Assembly: GCA_020809425.1 (NCBI GenBank)
Contig: JAGGDC010000002.1
Span: forward strand, 260,334 to 324,333
Source of the DNA: Candidatus Synoicihabitans palmerolidicus
Lineage (GTDB): Bacteria > Verrucomicrobiota > Verrucomicrobiia > Opitutales > Opitutaceae
Reading direction: 5' to 3'
DNA: 64,000 nt
Positions 1-11,737 of this stretch are shown piece by piece. The position numbers were made by a program, and so were the translations under genes. The notes beneath the pieces were generated by a model. It made no database searches. It was not told the origin of the DNA and saw nothing but the letters and a program-made list of their open reading frames with translations. How positions within the stretch are numbered: position 1 is the stretch's first letter; every line of letters begins with the position of its first letter.

Positions 1-1503
1 ATCGCTGAATCCAAACTGCTTCGCCCGTCTCAACAGCCCGGTATCCAGAGATTCCAACGTCTGCCCCTTCACGCTTTGCTCCATTTCGAAGATCTCCCGC
101 AACTGGTGCAGGAACCACGGATCAATCTTAGTCAGATCAAACAGCTGTTCCACCGTCATCCCAGCGAGGAACCCGTAGCGGATGTAGAAAATTCGTTCCG
201 CGTTCGGAGTCGCCAGTTTGGCGATCAGGCTATTGCGGTCGGGCACCACATCATCGCCAAATTTACCACCGCCGCCAAATCCCGACGCGCCAATCTCCAA
301 GGACCCAAGCGCTTTTTGCATCGATTCTTTGAATGTGCGCCCGATGGCCATGGCTTCACCCACCGACTTCATCGCCGAAGTCAGCGTCGGATCCGAACCT
401 GGGAATTTTTCGAACGTGAACCGCGGGATTTTGGTCACCACATAATCAATCGTGGGCTCAAACGACGCCGGAGTGAGCCGGGTGATGTCGTTGCGCAACT
501 CATCCAAAGTGTAACCCACCGCCAATTTGGCCGCGATTTTCGCAATCGGAAACCCGGTCGCTTTCGACGCCAAGGCCGAGGACCGTGAAACCCGCGGATT
601 CATCTCGATCACCACTTGTCGTCCGGTCTCCGGATCGAGCGCAAACTGGATGTTCGACCCACCAGTCTCCACGCCAATCGCCCGAATCACGGCGAAGGAC
701 GCGTCGCGCATAGCCTGAAACTCCTTGTCCGACAATGTCATTGCCGGGGCCACCGTGATCGAATCCCCGGTGTGCACGCCCATGGGATCAAAATTCTCGA
801 TCGAGCAGATCACGACGCACTGGTCCTTGTGATCCCGCATGATCTCCATCTCGTATTCCTTCCAACCGAGGAGGCACTCTTCAATAAGCACCTCGTGCAC
901 GGGCGATAGATCAAGCCCATTGGCTACGATCTCTTCAAATTCCTCCACATTGTAGGCAATCCCGCCTCCCGATCCTCCCAACGTAAACGACGGACGTATG
1001 ATCAAGGGCATCGAACCAATCTCCTCCGCCGCTTCCTTCGCCTCCGCCATTGATTTCACGGTGCGCGATCGCGCTACATCCAGACCGATCTTCAGCATCG
1101 CTTGTTTGAAGAGCTCCCGGTCCTCGCCCTTGTCGATCGCCTCCGCCTTGGCTCCGATCATCTCCACACCGTATTTCTCCAGAATGCCCTTCACGTGCAA
1201 TTCCATCGAAAGATTCAAAGCCGTCTGGCCACCCAAGGTGGGGAGCAATGCGTCCGGACGCTCCTTAGCGATGATCTTCTCCACAAACTCGACCGTAAGT
1301 GGCTCAATATAAGTAACATCAGCAAATTCAGGATCCGTCATGATCGTGGCCGGGTTAGAATTTACCAAGATAACTCGGTAGCCCTCTTCCTTGAGAGCTT
1401 TGCACGCTTGAGTGCCCGAATAGTCGAATTCACAGGCTTGGCCGATCACGACAGGACCGGCACCGATGATGAGGATGGAGGAAAGGTCGTCGCGCTTTGA
1501 CAT
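1..1503 (-). CDS. carB: Carbamoyl-phosphate synthase large subunit (5' part; runs off the window)
   Basis: ATG at 1503 gives [42 protein letters not shown]...[12 protein letters not shown], the canonical CarB N-terminus. The frame appears open to the window edge. Confidence 0.97.
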   Translation of the reverse strand, partial: MSKRDDLSSILIIGAGPVVIGQACEFDYSGTQACKALKEEGYRVILVNSNPATIMTDPEFADVTYIEPLTVEFVEKIIAKERPDALLPTLGGQTALNLSMELHVKGILEKYGVEMIGAKAEAIDKGEDRELFKQAMLKIGLDVARSRTVKSMAEAKEAAEEIGSMPLIIRPSFTLGGSGGGIAYNVEEFEEIVANGLDLSPVHEVLIEECLLGWKEYEMEIMRDHKDQCVVICSIENFDPMGVHTGDSITVAPAMTLSDKEFQAMRDASFAVIRAIGVETGGSNIQFALDPETGRQVVIEMNPRVSRSSALASKATGFPIAKIAAKLAVGYTLDELRNDITRLTPASFEPTIDYVVTKIPRFTFEKFPGSDPTLTSAMKSVGEAMAIGRTFKESMQKALGSLEIGASGFGGGGKFGDDVVPDRNSLIAKLATPNAERIFYIRYGFLAGMTVEQLFDLTKIDPWFLHQLREIFEMEQSVKGQTLESLDTGLLRRAKQFGFSD

Positions 1504-1582
1504 AGCGTAGGCGCTTTAACCATTGGACTCGATACCTAACTGCGCAAGCGAGAACTCATACCTCCCGCTTCGGCTTTCATTT

Positions 1583-2849
1583 CAACACCGAAACATCGAC
1601 ACCCCAAACACCCGCGAGGCTTCGCCCCGATCCCCTCGACACGCATGCAAAACCATCTCAATGTATTGGGTCTGATGGTCAGCCAAACTAAGGTTCCAGA
1701 GTCGGCCATTGGCCCAACTCTTTCAACCTCATCGGCAATTGCTCATCCCCCACGATCCGCGATTCGGTCGACGCCGCGATCCGGGTCACCACCTGGCTGA
1801 ACTCCAAGCCATTACCAGGCCAACGATAATTCTCCAACACACGCATCGCATCAGCGGAAAATTCAATCAACTTCGCGTCGCAATAGGGGTTCGTCGATTT
1901 CTCTAGAATCGACTTAATAATCCCCGATAGATCCGAGATGTGCGAACGCAGAGCAGGCATCGTGACCGGCAACGACGCGACGCGATAAAAAAGCTCATCG
2001 TGGAATCGCCCCTCATCGGTCATGTTTTCCAAATCCTCCACCGTCGTGCAAACGAGACGAAACCGGTGGGCCGTATTGCGCAGCACGCTCACCAACTCCT
2101 TCTGCATCTCAAACGGCAAAGACTCCAGCTGCTGCAACAGCAAAGTCCCGCCCTTCGCTTGGTCCACCCATTCGCCCCACACCCCATTCGTCCCCCACCC
2201 AATTTGCACCCATCAGGCCTCGCACAAAGTTCGCTTCGGAACTCAGCCCACAAGCGATTCGCACCAATTGAGCCCCTTCCTCCGCACTGCTGGCATGCAG
2301 AATTTCGGCGACTATATCCTTGCCGGTGCCCGATTCACCATGCAGCAACACTGGAGTCCGGGCCCCCGCCAAACGCTTGATCTGTTGCTTTAATCGTATA
2401 ATCGCCGGACTCGTCCCGACAAAGCGCGCATCCAAATCGGCGGCCTCCACCGTTGGCGCGGCCGACTAGGAGCGTTTGACCTGACATTCTCGATACTCGA
2501 TGTCCCGGCGCAGCGTGCCGATCAATTCATCCACTCGAAACGGTTTTGGCAGATAATCAAAGGCCCCGAATTTCAACGCCTGAATCGCGCTCTCCGTGGA
2601 GGCGTAGGCCGTCATGATGATCACCACGGCAGGCGGATCATAGGCCTTGAGCTGCTTGAGCAAGGTGATCCCGTCGACCGGTTTCATGTCGATATCGGCG
2701 AGCACCAAATCAAATCGCTCCTCCTTGTATCGGGCCAAACCAGACTCTCCATCCATCGCAAACGCCGTCGCGTAGCCGGTCGGTTGGATAACCGCATCCA
2801 GCATCTCATGGATTGAGAGCAAATCGCCGACGATAAAAACAGAAGGCAT
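1583..2849 (-). pseudogene. Sigma54-type (NtrC/PilR-like) response regulator, REC-AAA-Fis HTH, disrupted
   Basis: Receiver domain 2849-2466, then an in-frame TAG. GESGTGK follows (2450-2109), then a frameshift near 2210 into FHDELFYR...WPGN. A second frameshift near 1690 precedes a Fis-like tail (ACRGDRGEASRVFGVS). Confidence 0.85.
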
Positions 2850-2914
2850 TTAGTAAGACAATTAGTTAAGCAGCACCTGACCTTTGGAAAGATCAGTCTC
2901 GGTGATGCAACCGT

Positions 2915-3870
2915 TTATTGCACACCACCGGCCACCGCACCGAGTTGGAAGATCGGTAAAAACATCGCCATAACGATGCCGCCAACCACCACGCCGAGAA
3001 AAACAATCAGCATCGGTTCGATCAATGAAGTCAGGGCCGCCACTGTCGCTTCCGACTCAGTATCTCAGTATCATAGAAATCCGCGACTTTGTTCATCATC
3101 CCATCCACGTTGCCGGTCGACTCACCAGCCTTGACCATGTGCTTCATCATCGGTGGAAAAAATGAGTTCGATGCGAGAATTTAAGAAACTTGCCCACTTT
3201 GACTCACATGCCGAGCAATTTCCAAACAAGCGCCCTCCACCTGCACCTTGTTCGAAGCTGCCGACACAATTCCCAAAGTCCGCAAAATCGGGACCCCGGA
3301 TCGAACCAAGGTGGCATAGGTCCGACAAAACCGAGAGAGCGCGATCTTATGCACCAAGTTTCCGAAAATCGGCGCTACGATCAAAAACTTGTCCTTCGCC
3401 TCCCGACCTTTGGGGGTCGCGATGATTTTCTTCATGATCATCACGAAGGCGATCGCGCCTAGGATCAACCAGTGGATGTTGCCTTTTAAGAAATCCGATA
3501 AATCGATCAAAAATTGCGTCGGCGCCGGCAACTGTGCCCCAAAATCCGCGAACATGTCCGCGAACACTGGAATGACAAAAATCAACCACACATTGACCAA
3601 AGCCACGGCCAGACCAATGACTGCAATGGGATAGGTCATGGCTGATTTTACCTTTTGGGTTAGCTTGACGCTCGATTCAAAATAACCGGCCACTTTCCCC
3701 AAATTCTCGAAAAGTGCCCCCGAAGCCTCACCCGCTTCCACCATCGATATGAAGAGCGTATTAAACTAAACGTCCGGGGAAACCGTTTGACCGAATCCGA
3801 AAACGAATTGCCCGACGAAATTTCCATCCGCACATCCCGGATCACGATGCGAAATACCCTCCCTTCTGTA
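2915..3870 (-). pseudogene. pilC: Type IV pilus/T2SS inner-membrane platform protein (PilC/GspF), 5'-truncated and frameshifted
   Basis: Fragments VFRIVIRDVRMEISSGNSFSD, MVEAGEASG...KVKSAMTYP...LPAPT, and C-terminal GIVMAMFLPIFQLG. There are several frameshifts and the N-terminus is absent. Confidence 0.85.
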
Positions 3871-3940
3871 TCGAACCACCTCTTTGCCATGCTTCATCGC
3901 GCCGAGTCGGAGGTCCCCTGCTTCCCATCTTAACGACTAA

Positions 3941-3977
3941 ACGAAATGCGCCGGTCCCCGAAATGGAGACCGGCGCA
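3941..3977 (-). terminator. Rho-independent terminator of the TonB receptor remnant
   Basis: Stem TGCGCCGGTCTCC / GGGGACCGGCGCA followed by TTTCGTTT on the minus strand. Confidence 0.6.
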
Positions 3978-4038
3978 ATCAGACCGTTCTTATCAGCACC
4001 CCAAAGCACTGACGCGAATTCTGGCAATCAACACTGCA

Positions 4039-4228
4039 TTAAAGCTTCTTCGTCAGCGACAGATAGAAGAAGCGACCTTCCGCATTGTAGAGGAATCCGG
4101 GGTAACCATTGGTGTTACCTCCCCAGCCGCTCACGAAGGGAGGATCCTTGTCGAGCACGTTGCGCACCCCGAAAGTGAGCTTCGTGTCGCCATACCAACG
4201 ATCAGAGTTCGCGAACGCGGTGTAGTTG
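4039..4228 (-). pseudogene. 3' remnant of a TonB-dependent receptor, cut by an IS
   Basis: ...TKLTFGVRNVLDKDPPF...YNAEGRFFYLSLTKKL* is a typical TBDR C-terminal beta-strand motif. It abuts the IS left end at 4229. Confidence 0.75.
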
Positions 4229-6028
4229 GAGCGTGTTCCACAAGCGCAAGAGGTTGGCGAAGAGGAGGTAGCGTAAAAATAAAGAGGCCGAAACCGGGAG
4301 GATTTCCTGGTTTCGGCACAAAAACGGCGTGTATAATTTGGTGTGAACAATACTACCGAAGCCGTCGCCCCGGAAGTTGCCCTGAAAACTTGGCTGCGTC
4401 CAGACCTGACTCCGGTCGGACCCAACCAAGATTACGCCGCGTTGCGCGATCAACTGGCGGGGCTCGACCAGTTGCTGGCTAACAGTCACTTGGAAGCGAT
4501 GGCCGTGGACTTTGCCCGGGAAAACTGGCGGGGCGACGACGTGGCCGGGTTGCCGCGCCACCTGCAGTTCGCGCGCAAGGCGCGGCGGGTGCAGGTATTG
4601 CGCATGATGCTCGGGAAAATCAGCTTGCGTAAACTTTCCCTGAGCATCGCCTTCAGCGATCTGTTGGCCGACTTTTGCGGAGCGCGCCGGATCGACGGCA
4701 TCAAGGGGGTCTCCCAAAGAAAGCGTGCGGGAGCGTGCGTCCAAATGCTTCACCGCAGAGCAGGTGCGCAGGATGAGCCAAGTCATTATCGAGATGTGCG
4801 ATGAGGCGGACCGGGCGAACGAACTGGGACTGGCTGCGGCGCAGCCGATGGATACGTGCCTGGTGGACTCGACCTGCCTGCAGGCCAACATCCATTTCCC
4901 GGTCGACTGGGTGCTCTTTCGCGACGTGAGCCGCACCCCCTAAGGCGGTGAAACTGCGCCGTGCAGCGGGGTTGCGGGGTCGGATGCCGAACGAGCCGCC
5001 AGTCTTTGCCAAGCAGATGAATCGGTGGTGCATCGCGATGACCCACAGCCGACGGCGCCGCGATGCGAAGCGGGCCCGCCAGGGCGTGCTCCGCCAGATG
5101 AAACGCCTGCTGCGCACCATCGGCGAGCACGCCCGCCGCCGACTACGCCCGGACCCGCTTCAGTGAGCGCCAGGCCACCCGCATCATTGCGCGCATCGAC
5201 GCCATGCTCGAGCAACTGCCGGCCGCGATCAAACAGGCCCACGAACGCATCATCGGCGCGCGATCAGTGCCCAACGCCGAGAAGATCCTCCGCGTCTACG
5301 AACCCGACGTGCAGACCGTGGTCCGGGGCAAGGCGTCCGGCGAGGTCGAGTTTTGCAACACCCTCATGATCAGTGAGAACGTGACGGGGTTGATCACCGC
5401 TTGGCAGTTGTATCAGGGAATGACTCCGGCCGAATGGCGTCAGTTCGACCAGAGCCTCGAGCGCCAGAATCAGTTCGACCTGAGCACCCCGATCAAAGCG
5501 GCGAGCACCGACCGAAGCTTCTCGACCAAACGGCTGTGCGAACGCTTGGCCGAAGCCGACATTTATGACGCCACTTGCCCCCGCGATCCACAGCAACTGC
5601 AACGGCGCATGCAGGAGCCGCAGTTCGTGGCGCTCCAACATCGCCGGGCTTCAACGAAAGCCTGCATCGCCATCATCAAGCAACGCCAAAGCAAGCGATT
5701 GAGAGCCAGAGGCTTCACGAATCGCTACCTGACGGTAGCCTGGAGCATCCTCGGTCACAACCTGTGGCTCATCGCCCGACTGCTGGCCGACCAACCACCG
5801 CAGGCCCAAGCCGCCTAAAACCCCCAAGCCTACTCCAACGATGAACAATAAACCGGCTGCCGGAGATTCCCTCATGGAAACGATCCAGGCACTGACTGCT
5901 GCGACACTGCAATTTAGCCATTAAATTGCATCTGCGCGCGCCTACATCCGCCATTGGTAGCCGGAAATCCGCTCAAACAATCGGCTTTCCTGCCCCCCTT
6001 CCAAAATCAGGGTAAATGGGACACGCTC
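4229..6028 (+). mobile_element. IS5-family-like insertion sequence, copy 1 (degenerate transposase about 4343-5818)
   Basis: Terminal inverted repeats GAGCGTGTTCCA / TGGGACACGCTC. Motifs DSTCLQANIHFPVD, RGKASGEVEF and TDRSF. Near-identical to 14334-16154. Several frameshifts. Confidence 0.9.
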
Positions 6029-6029
6029 T

Positions 6030-6254
6030 ACTATTAGTCTGGTGTGCAATTTGGCCGCGGGTTTGGACACGCCAGAAGGCATTCACGAGGAAATGACGGA
6101 ATCCTACACGCGGACTTATCCCGAAATGGTAATAGGTTTGGAAGCAACGGCGTTGGAGACATTGGCGGAGCCCGAAGGCGGGTATTGCCAATGTGGGTGT
6201 TCGCTCAAGGCCAATCCGCCGGGGTTTGCGCAGGCGATGACTGGATGGCGCTAG
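6030..6254 (+). pseudogene. 3' remnant of an MTA/purine nucleoside phosphorylase (MtnP-like), cut by an IS
   Basis: ISLVCNLAAGL...IHEEM...CQCG resembles the MTAP C-terminus. It begins right at the IS right end and has no 5' part. Confidence 0.55.
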
Positions 6255-6345
6255 AGGATGACGGAGCGGAGGCAGCTGACCCGGGATCGACGCGATATTT
6301 TCGGACCAAGGTTGCTAGACAGGGTGGTGCGGATTTGATGAGGCG

Positions 6346-6777
6346 ATGTCATCTGAGCAATGCCCTGTCACCGCTTATCAAGAAACCGATGGTTTACGCT
6401 ATTTCCCGCGTATGTTGGATAAAATCCGGCTCCACGCTCAGGGTGTTCTAAGGGCGGATTTCCACGAAAACCTTGGCGGGGGACTGGATGGATGGATGTG
6501 CGATTTTATGCGGATCGACTACGCAGAGTTGGTTGATCGCACCAAGCAAGGCGCGAGCGATACAGACCTTTTGGCCTGGTGTCAGGCGGACGGCGGAGGC
6601 CGAGATTTAAACTCCTCGGATATCAAGGGATGGAATCATTTAGTGACCAAGTTGGGTTGGAACGACGAAGCGACCGAGCGCGTGGTGATGCGCAAGAAGG
6701 AGAGCGGTTTGGAAGACCGAGACGAAATCGTGACGATGATCGACTATTTCGAGTTCGACGAAGGCCGACGTTCCTGA
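6346..6777 (+). CDS. DUF5069-like protein
   Basis: Intact 143-aa ORF with GLRYFPRMLDKIRLHAQG...G.D...CDF motifs. Confidence 0.75.
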   Translation: MSSEQCPVTAYQETDGLRYFPRMLDKIRLHAQGVLRADFHENLGGGLDGWMCDFMRIDYAELVDRTKQGASDTDLLAWCQADGGGRDLNSSDIKGWNHLVTKLGWNDEATERVVMRKKESGLEDRDEIVTMIDYFEFDEGRRS

Positions 6778-6817
6778 GCGTTCGTTGAGGGAACGGCGAT
6801 CATGGTGGAATTTTTAT

Positions 6818-7529
6818 TCAACGCTGGCCAACGGCGACAAAATGGATGCCGCCGCTGGAATCGATATTTTGAGCGCCCGGCGCCACGATGTGGTGAGTTT
6901 CCTCCGGGTTCGCCAGGGGCAGGCCGATAGCCAGGCGGGCAGTGGCGGCATCGGCTGGATTGAGTTTCACGGTGGTGAGGAATTCGCAATTCGCTGATAT
7001 GGTGGGTTGGCCGGCGGTCACCATGAGACCGGGGTTGGTTGCGACGAGCCCAGTCTTCGATGCAGCCCACGAGGAGGATGTAGGACAGGGTATCCGGGTG
7101 GTCGTGCCAGTAGGCCGATTTCCTCTTCATAGGCATCACGGTTAATGACCCTACGATAGGCCCGTTCAATGACCGTGCGATAGGCGTCGGGGAAATAGCC
7201 CAGTGATCGGATATGGTGGCGCAATCGTTCGGCGTAGGTGACGCCGAGCGCGACGGAGAGACCGGCAGGCGTCGGACCGCCGAAGGCATCCGCGGAAGCA
7301 CGCAGCGCGACAACAGACTGGAGGGCGGTATCCTCGGCAATGAGGGTGCGATATTGGCTAAGCAGGGTGGGAATCGAAGAATCGGAAACGGGTGAATCGT
7401 GCGGCAGGCCAAAAGCAAGCAGGGAGGCCGCTGCGACTCGGTCCGCCGAGGTGGCGGATGCTTGGTTGAACGAACACAGATGAGGAGGACCATTCCGAGG
7501 AGGTAGCTGAGGCGAGCGCGAGGGGGCAT
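6818..7529 (-). pseudogene. Secreted hypothetical protein, frameshifted
   Basis: Signal-like N-terminus MPPRARLSYLLGMVLLIC. Protein-like segments continue across frames (AYRRVINRDAYEEE / YWHDHPDTLSYILLVGCIEDWARRNQP / MVTAGQPTISANCEFL). Confidence 0.55.
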
Positions 7530-7723
7530 GATTAGTAAGGAGGCGATGGTCGAACCGGGGCGTCAATGGCATCTGCACGGAGGGTTGATGGCCGTTGAAC
7601 GGCAAGCAACGGTCGAGGAGATGAAGTAAGCATACACTTGGAAACGAGCGAGGGACGATTGGGTTGAGGTGTGGCGCGAGGGATGTTCCGATTACCTGAT
7701 CAATCCGTGAGCCTCTGAACGTT

Positions 7724-9359
7724 ATGAAGCTAAAACAACCTCTGTCCCGATGTCTTGTGCCCGCGTGGGTTTTACTGCTGTTGGCTTGGTCGCCATTGGG
7801 GGCACTACCTTCCGGCGGACCCTACGGACCAGTGCAACAGCACTATGCACTCCCGAACGCGTTGCGGGTTTCTTTCGTGGCTCCGAATGGCGATGCGGGG
7901 AGCGAAGGAATGACGTTGATGGAGCCGACGACGCTGGAGCGAGCCATCGCGCAAGTCGTGACAGGCGATGCGATTGTTTTACGCGGAGGCGTCTATCGCA
8001 CGGGAAGCTTGCGATTAAACCAAGGAGTCACGCTCCAGCCCCACGCGGATGAGCACCCGGTGCTGAAAGGCACAGAAGTGGCGCAGGATTGGGAGCAGGT
8101 GGAGGAGGCGGTGTGGCGCACGCGGTGGACCCGGTTATTTCCGGCGGTACCGGCGGATTGGTGGAGGTCACAGCGCACAACAGTGCCATCACTCGCACCA
8201 CACGGGAGGTGCATGGCAAATCGAATGATGGCAAGGGGCTGACGATGCGCGGATTGACCTTTACGCAGTATGCGCGGTTGGCGTTGCTGGTGGAGGGGAC
8301 GGAACCCGGGGCCTACATGACGCCCGACGATTTTGGTAAAGACATTGTGGGCACCATGCTCGAGCATTTAACCATTTCCCACTGCTCACGCGTGGCCGGA
8401 TACTTCAGAGGAGACGGGCTTACCATGCGTCATTGCCTGGTGTCGGACTGCGGAACGGAAGGCATTTACGTGATCAACTCGGCGGGGGTGTTTTGGAGAG
8501 GAACATCGTGACGCGCACTAACAGTGCGGAGAACCTGGTCGGCTATGACGCGACGGCAGTGAAGATTTTTAACCAGTCCTACAATGTCGTGTGCCGGGAA
8601 AACCTGATCATCGACAATCCCAATGCCAGTGGCGTATGGTATGATGTCGGCAATGTGGACGGGGTGTTCGTGAACAACTGGGTTGAGACCACGGACAACG
8701 GATTCTTCTTTGAAATTTCGAAAGGGGCAATCTGTGCGGGGAACGTGTTTGTCAATTGTGGCACTGGTGTGCGAGTCCTGAACAGTTCAGGGGTGCAAGT
8801 GTATCAGAATATATTCTACAACAGTGAGGCCGCGTTTCAGCGTTCGGCGCGCAGTCATGAGGAAGGGGATCACTTTGGTTGGCACGCGAGTGCAGGCCCG
8901 TATGTGGAGGAGCGGGACCGGCACGTGTTCATTGAACAATCTGGTGGCAGCGGATGAAAATTTTGCGCGACCATTGGTCAACGTCTGGCAGCACGAGGCA
9001 GTTAATGGGCGATTAACGACCTCTCAATTGAAGGCTTTGGACGGCAATGCATACGTTCGCAAAGCGGGGGGGGTGAACCGCGCCCGTTGATTGCCTGGAG
9101 CCCGGTCCCCTCAGACAGTTTCCAGGAAGATGTATTTGATTTGGAGATGTTGAGGAAGCGCCAGCCAGAGTTCGCGGAGCATGGTCGGGCGTGGCCTGAC
9201 TACTGGGAGGCACTGTTTCGTAGCGAAGTGCTGGGGCATTTTGAATTATCCGCAAATTTCCCAGGAGCGGGGACCGGAGTGGCTTTGCCGACCGAAATCA
9301 GGGAGCTGCTGGGATGGACCACGGGAGTGCGGTTTCCTGGGGCCTATGCACCGCAATGA
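7724..9359 (+). pseudogene. Right-handed parallel beta-helix (pectin lyase-like) secreted protein, disrupted
   Basis: Signal peptide, GDAIVLRGGVYR, GVWYDVGN and GFFFEISKG motifs are split over five ORFs. An internal deletion is inferred near 8160. Confidence 0.75.
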
Positions 9360-9422
9360 TCGGTAACGGGGTAATTATTGCCGTTGTGTTGGACGTTCTG
9401 GCCTGAACGATGCGCGCCAGTA

Positions 9423-9716
9423 ATGAAAAAAACCTTTCTTCTCACTGGAGCTGGCAAAGATGATGCGCGGGTACGCGATAAGGTGCGCCACGAAATCAAC
9501 AAGTATGCGAAGCGCGAACGGCGTAAGCCTCTTCCTGACGGTGCCGATCGTTGGGAATTGGCCTGCAAGCTCGGACTAGATGAGGTCTCGGCGGAGACTT
9601 TGGAGTTTAAAGAACTCGGCGGCCGGATCGAGTCGATGGCGGGTGAAGGTGCGGAGAAGGTTTTCGTGGAAGTAGTGGCTTCGCCTCGGATCCGCGGTCC
9701 GAAGCCAATGCTTTGA
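9423..9716 (+). CDS. DUF6172-like protein
   Basis: MKKTF...VRHEINKYAKRERRKPLPDGADRW..CKLG signature, intact. Confidence 0.75.
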   Translation: MKKTFLLTGAGKDDARVRDKVRHEINKYAKRERRKPLPDGADRWELACKLGLDEVSAETLEFKELGGRIESMAGEGAEKVFVEVVASPRIRGPKPML

Positions 9717-9723
9717 TGGAGGG

Positions 9724-10710
9724 TCAGGTCGTCGGATTGAGGAGCCCGGCGATCTCTCGCATCTGGTCGGGAGTCAAAGGACCGAAGGCCAAGGCTCCGG
9801 CATTTTCCTCGACTTGCGGGACGGTCCGAAATTCAGGAATGGGCAGAGTGCACGGGCTGCGGGCCCAGAGCCAAGCCAAGGCGCCCTGGGACAGTGTGCG
9901 GCCTCCACTGGTGAGAATCTCACGGATTTGGGTGAGTTTATCGAGCCAAACTTCGGCGGGGTGACCATTCTTAAAATACTGCATCCACTCCGGGCTGTGG
10001 GCACTGCGCACGTCGGCTCCGGTGACGGTGGTTCCGGTGGTGTATTTTCCGGTGAGCAGTCCCATGGCGAGCGGGCCTCGATTGATGCTCGTCAAGCCCG
10101 CCTCTTCGCAGACCTGAATGATCGCAGGAGCGTCGGTGATGACGTTGAGCTGGTGCTGTACGCTGGCGTAATGTGCGCCGCCGAGCCAAGCCCGGGCGCG
10201 ATCAGGGAAATCGGTGCTCCAACCGTAGGCGCGAATTTCCCCCTCGGAGACAAGTGCTTCGAGGGTGTCCTGGACGGCGGCGGCAGATTCAAGCGGACCA
10301 TCGTTCCAATGATATTGGTAGAGATCGATGCGATCGGTGTTGAGTCGCCGCAGTGACGCTTCGCAAGCTCGGCGAATATAGGAGGGGTCGTCGGAGGGAT
10401 CGGCGGTCTGGCGGGAAGTTTCATCGAAGGTGCTGCTGAATTTGGTGGCGATGACCACCTCGTCACGACGACCAGCCACGGCGGCGCCGACGACACGTTC
10501 GCTCCGGCCGGCACCGTAGACATTAGCCGTATCGATAAACGTGATACCTAAGTCAAGACCTCGTCGAAGCGCGGCGATGGACTCCTGGTCCACCACTTCG
10601 CCCCAGCTCAGAGGGGTGTCACCGACCCAGAAAGGGCCGCCGATGGCCCAGCAGCCGAGACCAAGGGGGCTTGTTTCTATGCCGGATGAGCCGAGGGATC
10701 GTGTTTGCAT
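9724..10710 (-). CDS. Aldo/keto reductase
   Basis: MQTRSLGSSGIETSPLGLGCWAIGG...DTANVYGAGRSE...SLRRLNTDRIDLYQYH...PLAMGLLTGKY. Confidence 0.93.
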   Translation of the reverse strand: MQTRSLGSSGIETSPLGLGCWAIGGPFWVGDTPLSWGEVVDQESIAALRRGLDLGITFIDTANVYGAGRSERVVGAAVAGRRDEVVIATKFSSTFDETSRQTADPSDDPSYIRRACEASLRRLNTDRIDLYQYHWNDGPLESAAAVQDTLEALVSEGEIRAYGWSTDFPDRARAWLGGAHYASVQHQLNVITDAPAIIQVCEEAGLTSINRGPLAMGLLTGKYTTGTTVTGADVRSAHSPEWMQYFKNGHPAEVWLDKLTQIREILTSGGRTLSQGALAWLWARSPCTLPIPEFRTVPQVEENAGALAFGPLTPDQMREIAGLLNPTT

Positions 10711-10786
10711 GCCGATCAGTATACACAACAACGCGGAGTTCCGAGAGGGAACTCCGCGCCGATTGCTGATCGTTAGAAACGACCGC

Positions 10787-11557
10787 CTACTTGACCTCGA
10801 GCAGCTCCACTTCGAACACGAGAGTAGAACCGGCGGGAATTTTTCCGGTGGCGCGGTCACCGTAAGCGAGATTGGAAGGGATAAAGAGCTTCCACTTCGA
10901 GCCGGTGGGCATGAGTTGGAGGGCTTCGATCCATCCTGGCATGACGCCTGTGACAGGGAATTCGACGGGCTCACCGCGCTCCACGGAGCTGTCGAAGACG
11001 GTGCCATCGATCAATGTGCCGTGGTAGTGAACCTTAACGGTGTTGTTCGAAGCAGGCTTGGGGCCGGTGCCGGGAGTCAGAATCTCGTACAGGAGACCGG
11101 ACTCGGTGGTGGTGACCTCAGGACGGGCGCCATTGGCAGTGAGGAATTCAGTACCAGCCTTTTTGGCGACGGCGGATTCGGCGGCGGCTTGGGTCTTGGC
11201 CTGGAAAGTGTGGAAGGCAGCGCTCAGTTCTGCCTGAGGAACCTGGGGCGCGGCGCCGGAGAGGCTGTCGAGGTGACCGGCGACCAATGCCTCGGCATCC
11301 GTGTCATCACCCAGATTACGGGTGAGATCGGCCCCAATATTGCGACCGATGCCATAGGAGACCTTTTGTTCGAGGATCTCGAACGCTGAGTTGGAAGTTG
11401 AAGCGGAATCAGCGGCGGCGGGCGCAGCGGGAGTTTCGGACATGGCTGGTTTGGTTTCGGGTTCTGGTTTGGGTTCGGATTTTTGGCAGGCGACCAAACC
11501 CAGCAACAGCGCGGACGAGGAGAGGACGGAGATAAGACGGAAACTAGAGGATTTCAT
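10787..11557 (-). CDS. FKBP-type peptidyl-prolyl isomerase (FkpA/Mip-like lipoprotein)
   Basis: Lipobox LVAC, then SYGIG, SGLLYEI, VKVHYHGTLIDGTVFDSS, GWIEALQLM and LVFEVELL. Confidence 0.95.
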   Translation of the reverse strand: MKSSSFRLISVLSSSALLLGLVACQKSEPKPEPETKPAMSETPAAPAAADSASTSNSAFEILEQKVSYGIGRNIGADLTRNLGDDTDAEALVAGHLDSLSGAAPQVPQAELSAAFHTFQAKTQAAAESAVAKKAGTEFLTANGARPEVTTTESGLLYEILTPGTGPKPASNNTVKVHYHGTLIDGTVFDSSVERGEPVEFPVTGVMPGWIEALQLMPTGSKWKLFIPSNLAYGDRATGKIPAGSTLVFEVELLEVK

Positions 11558-11737
11558 AAGTTGAGCCGCCGAGTGAGCATCGCGGGACCCGTTCTGACAA
11601 GGGGAGATTGAGGAAATGCGCAAATTTTAAAGGAGTTCAGCCGAGAAAAACGGTTGGATCTGCGAAGAGCAGCCCATGGTGGAATCGGAGAAAATCGTAG
11701 ACTTGGCGTTCACGCGCCAATGACCAGAGTCGGCGGC

